Positions 26,976-37,095 of a stretch of 64,000 nt of DNA are shown one piece after another. The notes under the pieces were generated by a model that saw nothing but the letters and a program-made list of their open reading frames with translations, ran no database searches and was not told the DNA's origin. Position 1 is the first letter of the stretch. Each line of letters opens with the position of its first letter. Source of the DNA: Cenarchaeum sp. (GTDB taxonomy: Archaea; Thermoproteota; Nitrososphaeria; Nitrososphaerales; Nitrosopumilaceae); NCBI GenBank assembly GCA_965206845.1, contig OZ242221.1, positions 512,001-576,000 on the forward strand. The letters run 5' to 3'. Position numbers and translations under genes: made by a program.

Positions 26976-29840
26976 ATGCGCATAAACTGGAGCGACATAG
27001 AGGGAAAGTGGAGAAGGAGATGGCAGGAGGCCGGCCAGTTCGAGGCCGACACGGAAGACAGGCCAAAGAAGTTCATCACGGTGGCGTATCCCTACCCCAA
27101 CTCGCCGCAGCATGTGGGGCATGGCCGCACGTACACGATAGCCGACATCCACGCCAGATTCTACCGCATGAACGGATACAACGTGCTCCTTCCCATGGGG
27201 TTCCACTACACCGGCACGCCCATTCTGGGCATGGCAAAGATGGTAGAGGCAAAAGACAGGGAGCTGCTAAACGGCCTGAGGGACATATACCACGTACCCC
27301 AGAAGGAGATCGAGACCTTCGTCGAGCCGATAAGGATTGCCGACTACTTTCACGCAGAGATAAAGGCAGGCATGATAGAGATGGGCTACTCGATAGACTG
27401 GAGGCGGGAGTTTACCACCATAGACCCGGCGTACCAGAGGTTCATCGAGTGGCACATCAGCAAGCTCAAGGAGAAGGGCCTGATAATACAGGGCTCACAT
27501 CCGGTCGGCTGGTGTCCGCAGGATCAGAACCCAGTATCGCAGCACGACACACTGGGCGACGTGGAGCCCGGGTTCACAGAGTACATGATGATAAAGTTTC
27601 AGTGGGAGGGGTACGTGATTCCCACCGCCACGCTAAGGCCGGAGACGATATTTGGTGTGACAAACCTGTGGGTAAATCCGGATACCACCTACAGAAAGGT
27701 GACGGTCAACGGCCAGAAGTGGATCGTGTCAAAGGAATGCGCGTACAAGATGGGGTTTCTGGGCATGAAGGTAACAGACGAGGGCAGCATCCCCGGCTCC
27801 CAGCTTGCCGGAGGCACGGCCACATCCCCCCACAACGGCGCCAAGGTTCCGATACTGGAGGCCGGCTTTGTGGATCCGAACACCGGCACCGGTCTTGTAA
27901 TGTCTGTTCCCGCGCACGCCCCATTTGACTATCAGGCGCTAGCAGACTATGAGAAAGACCGCCCCTACGTGGGCCGCCGCATCGAACCCATTCAGGTTAT
28001 ATCCACCGACGGATACGGCAGCGTCCCTGCCAAGGAGGCAGTGGAGAAGTCTGGCATCACCAGCCAGAACGATCCCCGGCTGGACGAGGTATCGGCCGAG
28101 GTGTACAGCAAGGAGTTTTACGGCGGCACACTGCTGCCAAATACCGGGCAGTTTGCGGGCAGGGAGGTGTCTGATGCCAAGGACGACATAAAGAAATGGC
28201 TCGCCTCCTCCGGATACTGCGATATACTGCTGGAGCTTGCGAGAACGGTAAGGTGCCGCTGCGGCGCCCAGTGCGTTGTAAAGATATTCTCGGATCAGTG
28301 GTTTCTCAACTATGCCGACGAGGGCTGGAAGAATATGGGCAGGGAGTGCATTGACGGCATGAGCATACTGCCCCCCGAGATCAGGGGCGAGTTTCACAAC
28401 GTGATCGGATGGTTACGGGAACGCGCCTGCGCAAGACAGCGCGGCATGGGGACAAAGATCCCATGGGACAGGAACTGGATCGTGGAGAGCCTGGCAGACT
28501 CGGTGATATACATGGCGTACTACATAATTGCCAAGTACGTCAACGAAGGGAGAATAGACGGCGCGGTCCTGCCTCCCGAGTTCTTCGACTATGTGCTCTT
28601 AGGCGCCGGAACCGCCGATGAGATTCCCGGGGTGCCGGCGGATGTGGCGGTGGAGATCCGCAACGAGTTTGCGTACTTTTACCCTGTGGACTCGCGCCAC
28701 TCGGGCCGGGATCTGGTTCCGAACCACCTCACGTTCTTTGTTCTGAACCACGTGGCCACGTTCCCCCAGAAGCACTGGCCGCTACAGATTGTGGTAAACG
28801 GCTCCGTTCTGAGTGGCGGAAAGAAGATGTCAAAGAGCATGGGAAACGTGACACCGCTGAGGCAGGCGATCCGGGAGCACGGGGCGGATCCCATCAGGCT
28901 CACCATCATAATATCCGCCGAACTCCTGCAGGATGCAGAGTTCAACTTCGAGTCGGTGGCTGGAATCACCCGCAAGCTGGAGACGATGGTGGACGTGTGT
29001 TCGGGACTGAAGGGTCACGGCGCCGAACCTCCGGCCATGGTCCACGCAGAAGATCGATGGATCCTCAGCAGAATGCACAAGCTCGTCGCAGACATCACCG
29101 ACAGCACAAAAAACATGAGACTCCGGGAGGCGCTTCACCACATTCTGTTCTCGTTCGAGTCGGATCTCTCATGGTACGCCGCGCGGGCAAAGGCCAAGGG
29201 CAGGTACGAAGACGCCGACTGCATGGGCATACTGCACCGGGTGTACACCGCCCGGGTAAAGATGCTCGCCCCCTTTGCGCCCCATATAGCCGAGGAGATG
29301 TGGGAGGTGTTGGGAAATCCAGGGATGGTGTCCCGGTCCGACTGGCCTGTCGCTCCTCAGGATCTGGACGACGCAGCTGTCCTGACAGAGGACATGCTTC
29401 GAGCCGCCGTAGATGACATCACGAACATACTCAAGGTTACAAAGATCACGCCGCGCCGGATCACGGTGTACACTGCCAGTCCCTTCAAATCAAAGGTGTA
29501 TCGTGCAATACTGAAGATCATGGCATCGGGCCAGATCGCCATGGGCGCCATAATGAGGGAGCTGATAGAGGATCCCGAGATGGGTGGCATCAAGAGGCAC
29601 TCTGACTTTGTTCAAAAGGCCATCAAGGATGTGCTGTCGGAGTCAGAGGAGATCAGGCGGCTCAGAGCTGAGACTTCGCTGGATGAGAGGCAGATACTTG
29701 CAGGCGAGCTTGGTGCCCTGGTCCAGAGGGAGTTTGGTGCACAGGTATCCGTACATGCCGAGGATGATGAGGATGTTTATGACCCAAAGGGCAGGGCTCG
29801 ACATGCACGGCCGTTCAAGCCGGCTCTGCTCATAGAGTAG
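26976..29840 (+). CDS. leuS: Leucine--tRNA ligase
   Basis: AYPYPNSPQHVGH, TLRPET, GTGLVMSVPAHAP, KMSKS. Confidence 0.97.
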   Translation: MRINWSDIEGKWRRRWQEAGQFEADTEDRPKKFITVAYPYPNSPQHVGHGRTYTIADIHARFYRMNGYNVLLPMGFHYTGTPILGMAKMVEAKDRELLNGLRDIYHVPQKEIETFVEPIRIADYFHAEIKAGMIEMGYSIDWRREFTTIDPAYQRFIEWHISKLKEKGLIIQGSHPVGWCPQDQNPVSQHDTLGDVEPGFTEYMMIKFQWEGYVIPTATLRPETIFGVTNLWVNPDTTYRKVTVNGQKWIVSKECAYKMGFLGMKVTDEGSIPGSQLAGGTATSPHNGAKVPILEAGFVDPNTGTGLVMSVPAHAPFDYQALADYEKDRPYVGRRIEPIQVISTDGYGSVPAKEAVEKSGITSQNDPRLDEVSAEVYSKEFYGGTLLPNTGQFAGREVSDAKDDIKKWLASSGYCDILLELARTVRCRCGAQCVVKIFSDQWFLNYADEGWKNMGRECIDGMSILPPEIRGEFHNVIGWLRERACARQRGMGTKIPWDRNWIVESLADSVIYMAYYIIAKYVNEGRIDGAVLPPEFFDYVLLGAGTADEIPGVPADVAVEIRNEFAYFYPVDSRHSGRDLVPNHLTFFVLNHVATFPQKHWPLQIVVNGSVLSGGKKMSKSMGNVTPLRQAIREHGADPIRLTIIISAELLQDAEFNFESVAGITRKLETMVDVCSGLKGHGAEPPAMVHAEDRWILSRMHKLVADITDSTKNMRLREALHHILFSFESDLSWYAARAKAKGRYEDADCMGILHRVYTARVKMLAPFAPHIAEEMWEVLGNPGMVSRSDWPVAPQDLDDAAVLTEDMLRAAVDDITNILKVTKITPRRITVYTASPFKSKVYRAILKIMASGQIAMGAIMRELIEDPEMGGIKRHSDFVQKAIKDVLSESEEIRRLRAETSLDERQILAGELGALVQREFGAQVSVHAEDDEDVYDPKGRARHARPFKPALLIE

Positions 29841-29996
29841 CGGCGCTGGCACACCTGTATCTCTGGCATCTGCAGCCGAGGTGGCAGGTTTTGGGTAGCG
29901 GCCTGTGGCCTGGAGGAATGACACAATGCGGCTGCACATGCCCACACGGCAGAACCAGCCATGTCGGGAAAAGTGCCAAAGAGATACCGGGCCGGA

Positions 29997-31178
29997 TTAT
30001 GCATCAGGACGGCTTTCCTGCCGATCGGTACTCTTGGGTAACTCTGATTTCTGCTGCTTTTTTTTGTCCGCCTGAGCCGGTAGGTCACGGGACGAGTTGC
30101 GGTATGAGGGACGGGCTGGTCGGTCGCCGGACGATGGGCGCTCTGGCCGGTCACGGGACGAGTTGCGGTATGAGGGACGGGCTGGTCGGTCGCCGGACGA
30201 TGGGCGCTCTGGCCGGTCACGGGACGAGTTGCGGTATGAGGGACGGGCTGGTCGGTCGCCGGACGATGGGCGCTCTGGCCGGTCACGGGACGAGTTGCGG
30301 TATGAGGGACGGGCTGGTCGGTCGCCGGACGATGGGCGCTCTGGCCGGTCACGGGACGAGTTGCGGTATGAGGGACGGGCTGGTCGGTCGCCGGACGATG
30401 GGCGCTCTGGCCGGTCACGGGACGAGTTGCGGTATGAGGGACGGGCTGGTCGGTCGCCGGACGATGGGCGCTCTGGCCGGTCACGGGACGAGTTGCGGTA
30501 TGAGGGACGGGCTGGTCGGTCGCCGGACGATGGGCGCTCTGGCCGGTCACGGGACGAGTTGCGGTATGAGGGACGGGCTGGTCGGTCGCCGGACGATGGG
30601 CGCTCTGGCCGGTCACGGGACGAGTTGCGGTATGAGGGACGGGCTGGTCGGTCGCCGGACGATGGGCGCTCTGGCCGGTCACGGGACGAGTTGCGGTATG
30701 AGGGACGGGCTGGTCGGTCACGAGATGAGTCGCGGTTTGGTCGGTCGCTATACGGGGTGCGATTTGGTCGGTCGCTATACGGGGTGCGATTTGGTCGGTC
30801 GCTATACGGGGTGCGATTTGGTCGGTCACCGGATTCTGCACCGTCAGGATTTTTTGCATCTCGCCTCCTCTGCCCTATCCTAGCATACTCCTGCTGCTGC
30901 ATCTCCTCGCGCTTGCCTGCCTCGCACAGCTTTATCTCTCCATTGCGATCATGTACGCACTCCAACACACTACTTGACAGGAGAAACCCCGACGCCATCA
31001 GGGCCTCGTCTTCTGTCATGCCAAGCTTGAACGCAACTGTCTTCAGTTTGGTAAAAAACCCCATGCGGGAGTTTCGAATTACAAAACTCTTGATTCGATC
31101 ATCGGCACTCTCAGTCTTCCTTCTAGGACCCCTGCTGTCAAACTTTCTTCCAAACTGCTTTTTTGGTCTAAATGACAA
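29997..31178 (-). CDS. Hypothetical protein: small wHTH-like N-terminal domain plus long Arg/Asp/Pro/Ser repeat tail (start reassigned to TTG 31178)
   Basis: Globular N-terminus (DDRIKSFVIRNSRMGFFTK...LECVHDRNGEIKLCE), TTATAA box about 25 nt upstream; repeats stay in frame. Confidence 0.75.
   Translation of the reverse strand: MSFRPKKQFGRKFDSRGPRRKTESADDRIKSFVIRNSRMGFFTKLKTVAFKLGMTEDEALMASGFLLSSSVLECVHDRNGEIKLCEAGKREEMQQQEYARIGQRRRDAKNPDGAESGDRPNRTPYSDRPNRTPYSDRPNRTPYSDRPNRDSSRDRPARPSYRNSSRDRPERPSSGDRPARPSYRNSSRDRPERPSSGDRPARPSYRNSSRDRPERPSSGDRPARPSYRNSSRDRPERPSSGDRPARPSYRNSSRDRPERPSSGDRPARPSYRNSSRDRPERPSSGDRPARPSYRNSSRDRPERPSSGDRPARPSYRNSSRDRPERPSSGDRPARPSYRNSSRDRPERPSSGDRPARPSYRNSSRDLPAQADKKKQQKSELPKSTDRQESRPDA
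30083..30718. repeat. Perfect 66-bp tandem repeat, 9 full units plus a partial unit
   Basis: Units start at 30083, 30149 ... 30677; encode DRPARPSYRNSSRDRPERPSSG on the minus strand. Confidence 0.95.
30736..30827. repeat. 27-bp tandem repeat, 3 units
   Basis: TTTGGTCGGTCGCTATACGGGGTGCGA x3, encoding DRPNRTPYS. Confidence 0.92.
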
Positions 31179-31415
31179 TAGATAAGAGATTATTTGCACT
31201 GTTATAAGCCTTAGAAAACATCGCTTGTGTGTGGTCGCCTGCCACATCGAACCAGACATGTAGGCTCTGGAATGCGTGCCGCATAAGAAAGAAAAGCAGA
31301 CGCCATACCGTCACCGCGCGGGCAAACAGAGACGACACTGTGGATCAGGATACAGATAGAACCTCACTTGAGAGTAGTCACAACTGACAATCAGTATTAC
31401 TGATTTCCCGTCACG

Positions 31416-31615
31416 TATAGCGCCGATCGAAAGTTCCTGCAGAGTATATCGCTGGCTTCGATCACGTTTGTCTCAAACATGGACACCAGCCATTGACAAT
31501 TGCCGCCTAATCCGTTCCTAATCTTGGCAGACATAACGTTCTGGTATGTGACTTTGCAGGGAAGCCTAACTGAAATGATTCGTGGATTCTGCAAGAACTT
31601 TTAGTCGGCGCTATA
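31416..31615. mobile_element. IS630-like MITE with TA target duplication
   Basis: TATAGCGCCGATCGAAAGTTCCTGCAGA vs reverse complement of right end TATAGCGCCGACTAAAAGTTCTTGCAGA (24/28); removal restores ...GYYVTGNQ* in the neighbouring gene. Confidence 0.85.
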
Positions 31616-32083
31616 GTACCCACTGCCAAAGACGTACCCGTCGTGTAGAATCAGCATGGTGCGCTTGGATTCCACCTCGCCGGTGGCAGGGTTTCTAAAG
31701 TCATATACCATCCAGACCTTACCCTCTTCCTCCAGTGTGGTGCTGATTACATCCACAGATGGGTTCGGATCGAGATTAGTAATACGTAGAGAACCAACAA
31801 GAGAGGGATCCGCCCCGTGGGCCAACACAGTTCCCTCCAAACCGAACACAAGCGCATAGTACTCGTCTGTGCTGGACACGGTCAGTGCATCAAGGCAGCT
31901 CTCATCACATATTGCAATTGCATCGGCAATTAACTGTCTTACCAGTTGTTCCTTGTCTGCATCGCGTTTTTCCTTCATGGTGTCATCCATCTCACCATTC
32001 ATTGCATCTCTCAGGGTTGAAAGCAGAACCAAATCTATGCCGTGTTCTGTCAGGATTTCGACTATCTCGGTGTTAAGGCACAA
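31601..32083 (-). pseudogene. Single Cache-domain protein remnant; upstream part looks decayed, C-terminus replaced by MITE sequence
   Basis: YALVFGLEGTVLAHG, WMVYDFRNPATGEVESKRT, YVFGSGYY are Cache-domain features; an in-frame stop lies just upstream of the TTG. Confidence 0.65.
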
Positions 32084-32485
32084 AGGCGCAGCAGACTAAC
32101 CGATGTGCGCCTTCTTGGATACCATGCCTGAATGTGAGCCATCTGTCATTTTGTCTTTCATGGAGTCTTCCATCATGGAGTCGCCTGCTATCGTCCTCCA
32201 TCATGGAGTCAGAGGCCAGAAAGGCATCTCTGACGTACAGCGCTAGTGGATCGTTGCACTTGATTGCGCAGATAGAAACTCCGTCCCTCAGCTGCTACTG
32301 TGGTGGACTGTACATTCCCGATTCGGCAGGCACCGGGCTGCCGGACTCGCCGCAAAAGACAGATCAGCACCAAATCCCATCAGGGCACCCACTGCGTGTA
32401 CGGCAGAGTCGTCCATAGGGTAGAGCAATTCCGTTTGCTGTGTGTACCGAGAAGATTATATATTGCTCATATTAGACATTTTATA

Positions 32486-32599
32486 ATGGCAGCGAAACAG
32501 AAAGTGGTACCCATGGAATGCGATGATAGCATTGATTGGAGTGAAGTGGCGGGACTCTCCTGGATCTTTGAGGAGGATCAGTATCACACATCAGACTGA
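32486..32599 (+). CDS. 37-aa acidic micro-protein (copy 1)
   Basis: MAAKQKVVPMECDDSIDWSEVAGLSWIFEEDQYHTSD*; GAAGATTATATA box about 25 nt upstream; paralog at 33408. Confidence 0.55.
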   Translation: MAAKQKVVPMECDDSIDWSEVAGLSWIFEEDQYHTSD

Positions 32600-32865
32600 T
32601 GTGCCCCACATAGGCCCCCTGCCCACGAGTCATGCGCATCGCCACTTACACACCAAGTCAGGCGTGAAAACCTGTCCGCATGCACGAGCTCGCACCAAAT
32701 AAGACAGAACTGACATGGTACACATACAGGTGCGGATTTTTTATTTAACACCGTCCAGACAGCTGGACGTGCAGGATGTAGAAGAGATCATAGACGCAGG
32801 GCAGAGGTGCCTCAATCTGGGCAACCCAAAGGAGGCCCTGAAATACTTTGAGATGGCGCAGAAGA
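32515..32865 (+). repeat. About 350-bp diverged direct duplicate of 33407-33770, ending in a truncated TPR gene fragment
   Basis: Alignable by eye from CATGG(A/C)ATGCGA through ...GAGATGGCGCAGAAGA, where similarity stops abruptly. Confidence 0.88.
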
Positions 32866-33350
32866 GATCCTGGTTGTCACCGCACCGATTGTGAAATGGG
32901 TTCTGATGCCAAGAAGGCCCCGGTACAAGATTCCGCCGAACTAGGCCGCCCTCCCCTTGTGAGAGACGGCCGGTTTTCCTTGGTTCTCATGAAGGCATGA
33001 CAGCACCCCTCCATACGGCATGCCGGTTCCCAACTATACGTGATCCAAAGGAGGCCGCCCTTATGAGCGGGATGTAGATCACCGGCATGTGGCTCCGGCT
33101 TCCGGTTTGCCACCAATGGAAAAGAAGGCGAGAAGCGCAGGAATTGGCATCGGAGCAAGAAGATGCTCACCGGGGTGCCGCGATCTGCCGATCGGCAAGC
33201 TTTTCGGTTTTAGAGTGACGAACGATTGCAGTCCCACCACTCCTCCTGCCGGACAATGCTTGGCACGCCCGGGTCAAGATCTTTTACCGGAGTCTGGCAT
33301 CACTAACTAAACACCACTAGCGGATTCTTGGGGAATTTTTGGACAAGGCC
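32866..33350. other. Unassigned segment between the duplicates, possibly a decayed IS remnant
   Basis: Truncates the TPR copy; ends in ...GGACAAGGCC (GGC-type IS end on the minus strand); a broken minus-strand frame contains GRPPLDHV; partner end not found. Confidence 0.3.
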
Positions 33351-33407
33351 ACAGCATAAGAATAAATTATTCATGAAGATTATAAGTAAAAATCAGCACA
33401 ATAACAC

Positions 33408-33494
33408 ATGGCATGCGACGATGGCATTGATTGGAGTGAAGTGATGGGACTCTCCTGGATCTTTGAGGAAGATCAGTATCACGCATCAGACTGA
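33408..33494 (+). CDS. 28-aa acidic micro-protein (copy 2)
   Basis: MACDDGIDWSEVMGLSWIFEEDQYHASD*; GAAGATTATAAG box upstream. Confidence 0.5.
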   Translation: MACDDGIDWSEVMGLSWIFEEDQYHASD

Positions 33495-33618
33495 CGTGCT
33501 CCGTGTAGGCCTCCCGCCCACGAGTCATGCGCATCGCCACTTACACACCAAGTCAGGCGTGAAAACCTGTCCGCATGCACGAGCCCGCACCAAATGAGAC
33601 GGAGCTTGCACAACACGC

Positions 33619-34158
33619 ATGCAGGTGCGAATTTTTTATTTAACACCGTCCAGACAGCTGGACGTGCAGGATGTAGAAGAGATCATAGACGCAGGGCAGA
33701 AGTGCCTCAATCTGGGCAACCCAAAGGAGGCCCTGGAGTACTTTGAGATGGCGCAGAAGATGGATCCCGAGAACGTCGAGATGCAGGTAAGGAAGGGCAA
33801 TGTGCTTGGCAGGCTGGGAAGGTACGAGCAAGCCGTCTCGTGCTATGACCGTGCCCTGGAGCGCAGTCCGGACAACATTCTGGCATCGGTCAACAGAGGA
33901 CTGGCGCTGCACTTTTTGAAGAGATACGACGAGGCGGTATCACAGTATCAGGAGGCACTCGCCATAAAGCCGGACAGCGCCCTCATACTTTACAGCATGG
34001 CGTCAAGCTTGGTCATGCAGGGCAAAGCGGATCGCGGGCTGGAGATCCTGCAGAGGGCGGTCAGGCTCGACTACACATACGGCATCAAGGCAAAACACGA
34101 CATGGACTTTGAGAAGATGTGGCAGAAGCGCAGGTTTCAGAAGATCGTCCGCAGGTAG
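33619..34158 (+). CDS. TPR-repeat protein (likely start GTG 33664)
   Basis: Four TPR-like units, e.g. KGNVLGRLGRYEQAVSCYDRALERSP; TTTATTTAA box at about 33634-33642. Confidence 0.9.
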   Translation: MQVRIFYLTPSRQLDVQDVEEIIDAGQKCLNLGNPKEALEYFEMAQKMDPENVEMQVRKGNVLGRLGRYEQAVSCYDRALERSPDNILASVNRGLALHFLKRYDEAVSQYQEALAIKPDSALILYSMASSLVMQGKADRGLEILQRAVRLDYTYGIKAKHDMDFEKMWQKRRFQKIVRR

Positions 34159-34255
34159 AGCGCAAAAAAACTAAATCCCATCATGCCCTACGGGTGGCAT
34201 CGCCGCAAAGAATCCCCGGCAGGAATCGACAAGCGTCCTTCCGTGTGTACTGATA

Positions 34256-35008
34256 GTGAGCGCAGCACTGTTCAGCGTGGCGTACAGCTCGCAATTCATC
34301 AGGTTCGGCTCGATAGTCACAGTTGCAATAGCCGGCAGCATGCTGATACTTGCCGTAAGGGGCCGCAGCGCCATGGGCGCCACGATAACTGCCATCGGCG
34401 TTGCAACCATACTGATGAGCTCCATAATACAGGGCGATCTGGATCTGAAGACGGAGAACATCAAGGCGCACCTGTTCTGGTGGGATCAGCAGCCGCAGAA
34501 GATGCAGGCGCTGGAGGGATTTCCCACATGGGGCAAGATCTGGAGCCTCTCCACCGGAACCGTCTGCATCCTACTGGGCATGATATCTGCATACAGGCAC
34601 GGCATGATATCTGTAAGAAACAGGCTGCCCTTTGACTATCCGTATCCCGTATGGAAGAGCAGCCAGCAGGAGATCACGCAACATAGCGCAAGCTTGGTTC
34701 CACTGAAGAGTTTGCTGTCCCAGAGAGAGCGCCTCATGCTGGCCAGGTACAGAGATGTGATTCGTAATTAGCACGCAGGCACATTAGAGCACGATCTTTG
34801 GCATAATCATACGAAAGTTGCATGCTTTGGAGCGCACATCTGTAAGATTATGGGCATCGAAGACCCGATTCTTAATTGCGGATCATGTCTCAGGCTGATT
34901 CTGGTGATGATCGAGAACAGAAGATACCTGGTCAAAAAGGACGAGATGGTGCCAGAGGAATGCACCGTGATCAGAACCGCAGACGGCAAGTCGATCTGCG
35001 GCCTGTAG
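34256..35008 (+). pseudogene. Membrane protein gene interrupted by a 138-bp MITE
   Basis: Removing the MITE plus one CAG joins ...LARYR to LILVMIENRRYLVKKDEMVPEECTVIRTADGKSICGL* in frame. Confidence 0.8.
34753..34890. mobile_element. 138-bp MITE, copy A, 3-bp CAG TSD
   Basis: Ends AGATGTGATTCGTAATTA / AGACATGATCCGCAATTA; CAG at 34750-34752 and 34891-34893; near-identical inverted copy at 39238-39375. Confidence 0.92.
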
Positions 35009-35108
35009 GCACCAAGGGCCGCATGGCAAGGAAAGACATATGTTCTGAGAGGGCAGGATCGGCGGCACGGACAGTCTATTTATTGGGTTTGGTGTTACCA
35101 TATCTGCG

Positions 35109-36122
35109 TTGAGGATTGCGGTAATGGGAATGGGAGTAGCAGGCTCGTACCTGATGGCCCGGCTGGCAGACTCGGAACACGAGGCCGTAGGGTATGAGAG
35201 AAGCACGGAGCAGAACCACGACTCGATATGCGCCTGGGGCACTATCAGGCCAGAGCTTGAAGGCTTTTGTAAAAAGGTCGGAAGGAACTTTGGCGACTTT
35301 ATGATCCATGATGGCAAGACCATGCATGTCAGGATGAACAGTAGTGTCAAGTTCGACATCGGCCTGCACGGCCTCTGCACTTACAACAAGCTGGGTCTGA
35401 TCAAGGACCTGATCAAGGACAGCGATGTAAGGTACGGCAAGGCGCCCAAGCTGGCGGAGCTGGAGGCAGAGTATGACATGATAGTTGACTGCACGGGATT
35501 TCATCGGAGCTATCTGCCAAAGCTTGAGAAGGACTTTTTCCTACCTACATATGAATACAAGGTAGAGTACGAGAACGGTGTGCCCTACGACGACTTTTAC
35601 ATCGAGCCGTTCCCCGGAATGTCGGGATATTTTTGGTACTTTCCGCTGGGGGAGCGGTGGGCCCACATCGGGGCAGGCGACTACTACAAGAACCACGTCA
35701 AGGCAACAAACGACTTTTTGAAGAAGCACGGCGGAAAGATACACAAGACAAAGGGCCGCCCCATAAGGCTGGCCACGCCGGGCCTGTGCAAGCCGTTCTA
35801 CAACGGAAAGGTGGTAGGAGTCGGCGAGTCCATCGGGACGGTGTACGCGCTTCTGGGCGAGGGAATAATTCCCAGCATGCAGTGCGTCGACATATTCCTA
35901 GACAACATGCACGATTTTGAGGCGTATGAGATGGCAGTTGACGAGCACTACAACGTATACAACAAGGTGTTCCGGTTTGTGCACGCCAAGATACACAAGG
36001 ACTTTAACATCATAAGATCCCTGCCGGACTTTATATCCATATTCAGGTACATGAAGAAGAACGAGGGCAGGTTTGGAATGGATATCAAGATAGGTGACCT
36101 CATCAAGGTGGCCAGGGCATAG
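35109..36122 (+). CDS. FAD-dependent oxidoreductase, geranylgeranyl reductase-like
   Basis: GMGVAG Rossmann motif, GYFWYFP, VGESIG.V..LLGEGI. Confidence 0.85.
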   Translation: MRIAVMGMGVAGSYLMARLADSEHEAVGYERSTEQNHDSICAWGTIRPELEGFCKKVGRNFGDFMIHDGKTMHVRMNSSVKFDIGLHGLCTYNKLGLIKDLIKDSDVRYGKAPKLAELEAEYDMIVDCTGFHRSYLPKLEKDFFLPTYEYKVEYENGVPYDDFYIEPFPGMSGYFWYFPLGERWAHIGAGDYYKNHVKATNDFLKKHGGKIHKTKGRPIRLATPGLCKPFYNGKVVGVGESIGTVYALLGEGIIPSMQCVDIFLDNMHDFEAYEMAVDEHYNVYNKVFRFVHAKIHKDFNIIRSLPDFISIFRYMKKNEGRFGMDIKIGDLIKVARA

Positions 36123-36229
36123 CAGAGATCAGCTGTTCGTCAGGATATGACTGAGCGCGGGCCAGGCGCCCACACCGTCATCGTTTACGCCCAAACCCGC
36201 ACGGAGCGGACAGAAGCATCCAAGCAGGC

Positions 36230-36850
36230 CTAGCTCCTCAGCTCGCCGGGGTTGTAGCTGTACGAGGCGCTCGAGTACGCCCTGCCGCCGTAGTACACGT
36301 GAATGTCATACTCACCAAGCTCCCGGAATACGGGATCCGATGCCAGAAAGCCGTACGAGCCGTCAGAGTTTGGCGGGATCTTTGCAATTGCCAGAACCCT
36401 GCCTGCCGAGTTGGAGATCACGATTCCCACCTCGTGGTCTTCCACCAGGTTGCTTACAAGGCCAAATATCATGATGTTGTCGCCACGACCGTACTGCTCC
36501 TTGTTGGTGTGCACCGATATGGTCAGGGCATCAGTTGCGTTAGTCATGCTCTGAATTGTTGCCTCGTGCTCTGCGATCTGGTCTCTCAGGGCCTGGTTTT
36601 CTATCTCCAGCAGTGCTACCTGGGGAACCGTTATCATGTCAGTCTCGATCATGAACTGGATGTTTGCCACCAGTCTCTGGTCATCCGCATCCCCCTGCGC
36701 CCAGGACAGTATGTTCTGCCGGATATAGTCCGGAATGGAGCTCTGAATCTGGGCAGATGCGGCAACCGTAACTGCCAATGTGGCAAATATCAGCAGGCAT
36801 ATGAACAGCAGGCGCGTACCTCTCAAGTGCACATAGTGTCTCACCATCAT
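36230..36850 (-). CDS. Secreted hypothetical protein (signal peptide, coiled coil, Ig-like C-terminus)
   Basis: Hydrophobic N-terminus, IPDYIRQNILSW motif, TNKEQY..GD.I.IFG beta-sandwich pattern. Confidence 0.75.
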   Translation of the reverse strand: MMVRHYVHLRGTRLLFICLLIFATLAVTVAASAQIQSSIPDYIRQNILSWAQGDADDQRLVANIQFMIETDMITVPQVALLEIENQALRDQIAEHEATIQSMTNATDALTISVHTNKEQYGRGDNIMIFGLVSNLVEDHEVGIVISNSAGRVLAIAKIPPNSDGSYGFLASDPVFRELGEYDIHVYYGGRAYSSASYSYNPGELRS

Positions 36851-37095
36851 ATATGAAATACGTGGTTAAAAAAAGATAATATCTGTTTTGTATGTCTGAT
36901 AATTCTGTAGCAATGTAGCTGTCGGCCAGGCGGATCTGCCATCGATCTTGTGCATACTAACAGGGAATATCCAGACCACCCGTGACCCCCATCACGCATG
37001 CAGGGGCCATCCCTGCCGCGCGTGCGACGGGACTGCACAGCAAGTGGCGCGGCTGCACGATCGGCGCACGTAAGGCAGAAGGCTGTCGGATTGGC

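Noticed and set aside
30083-30827. Tandem repeats as a CRISPR array
   Set aside because: Units are contiguous and identical with no unique spacers, lengths are multiples of 3 within an ORF, and there are no cas genes
29777-31185. Alternative-frame and antisense long ORFs across the repeat region
   Set aside because: A stop-free 66-bp unit opens several frames; only the frame continuous with the globular N-terminus and TATA box is credible
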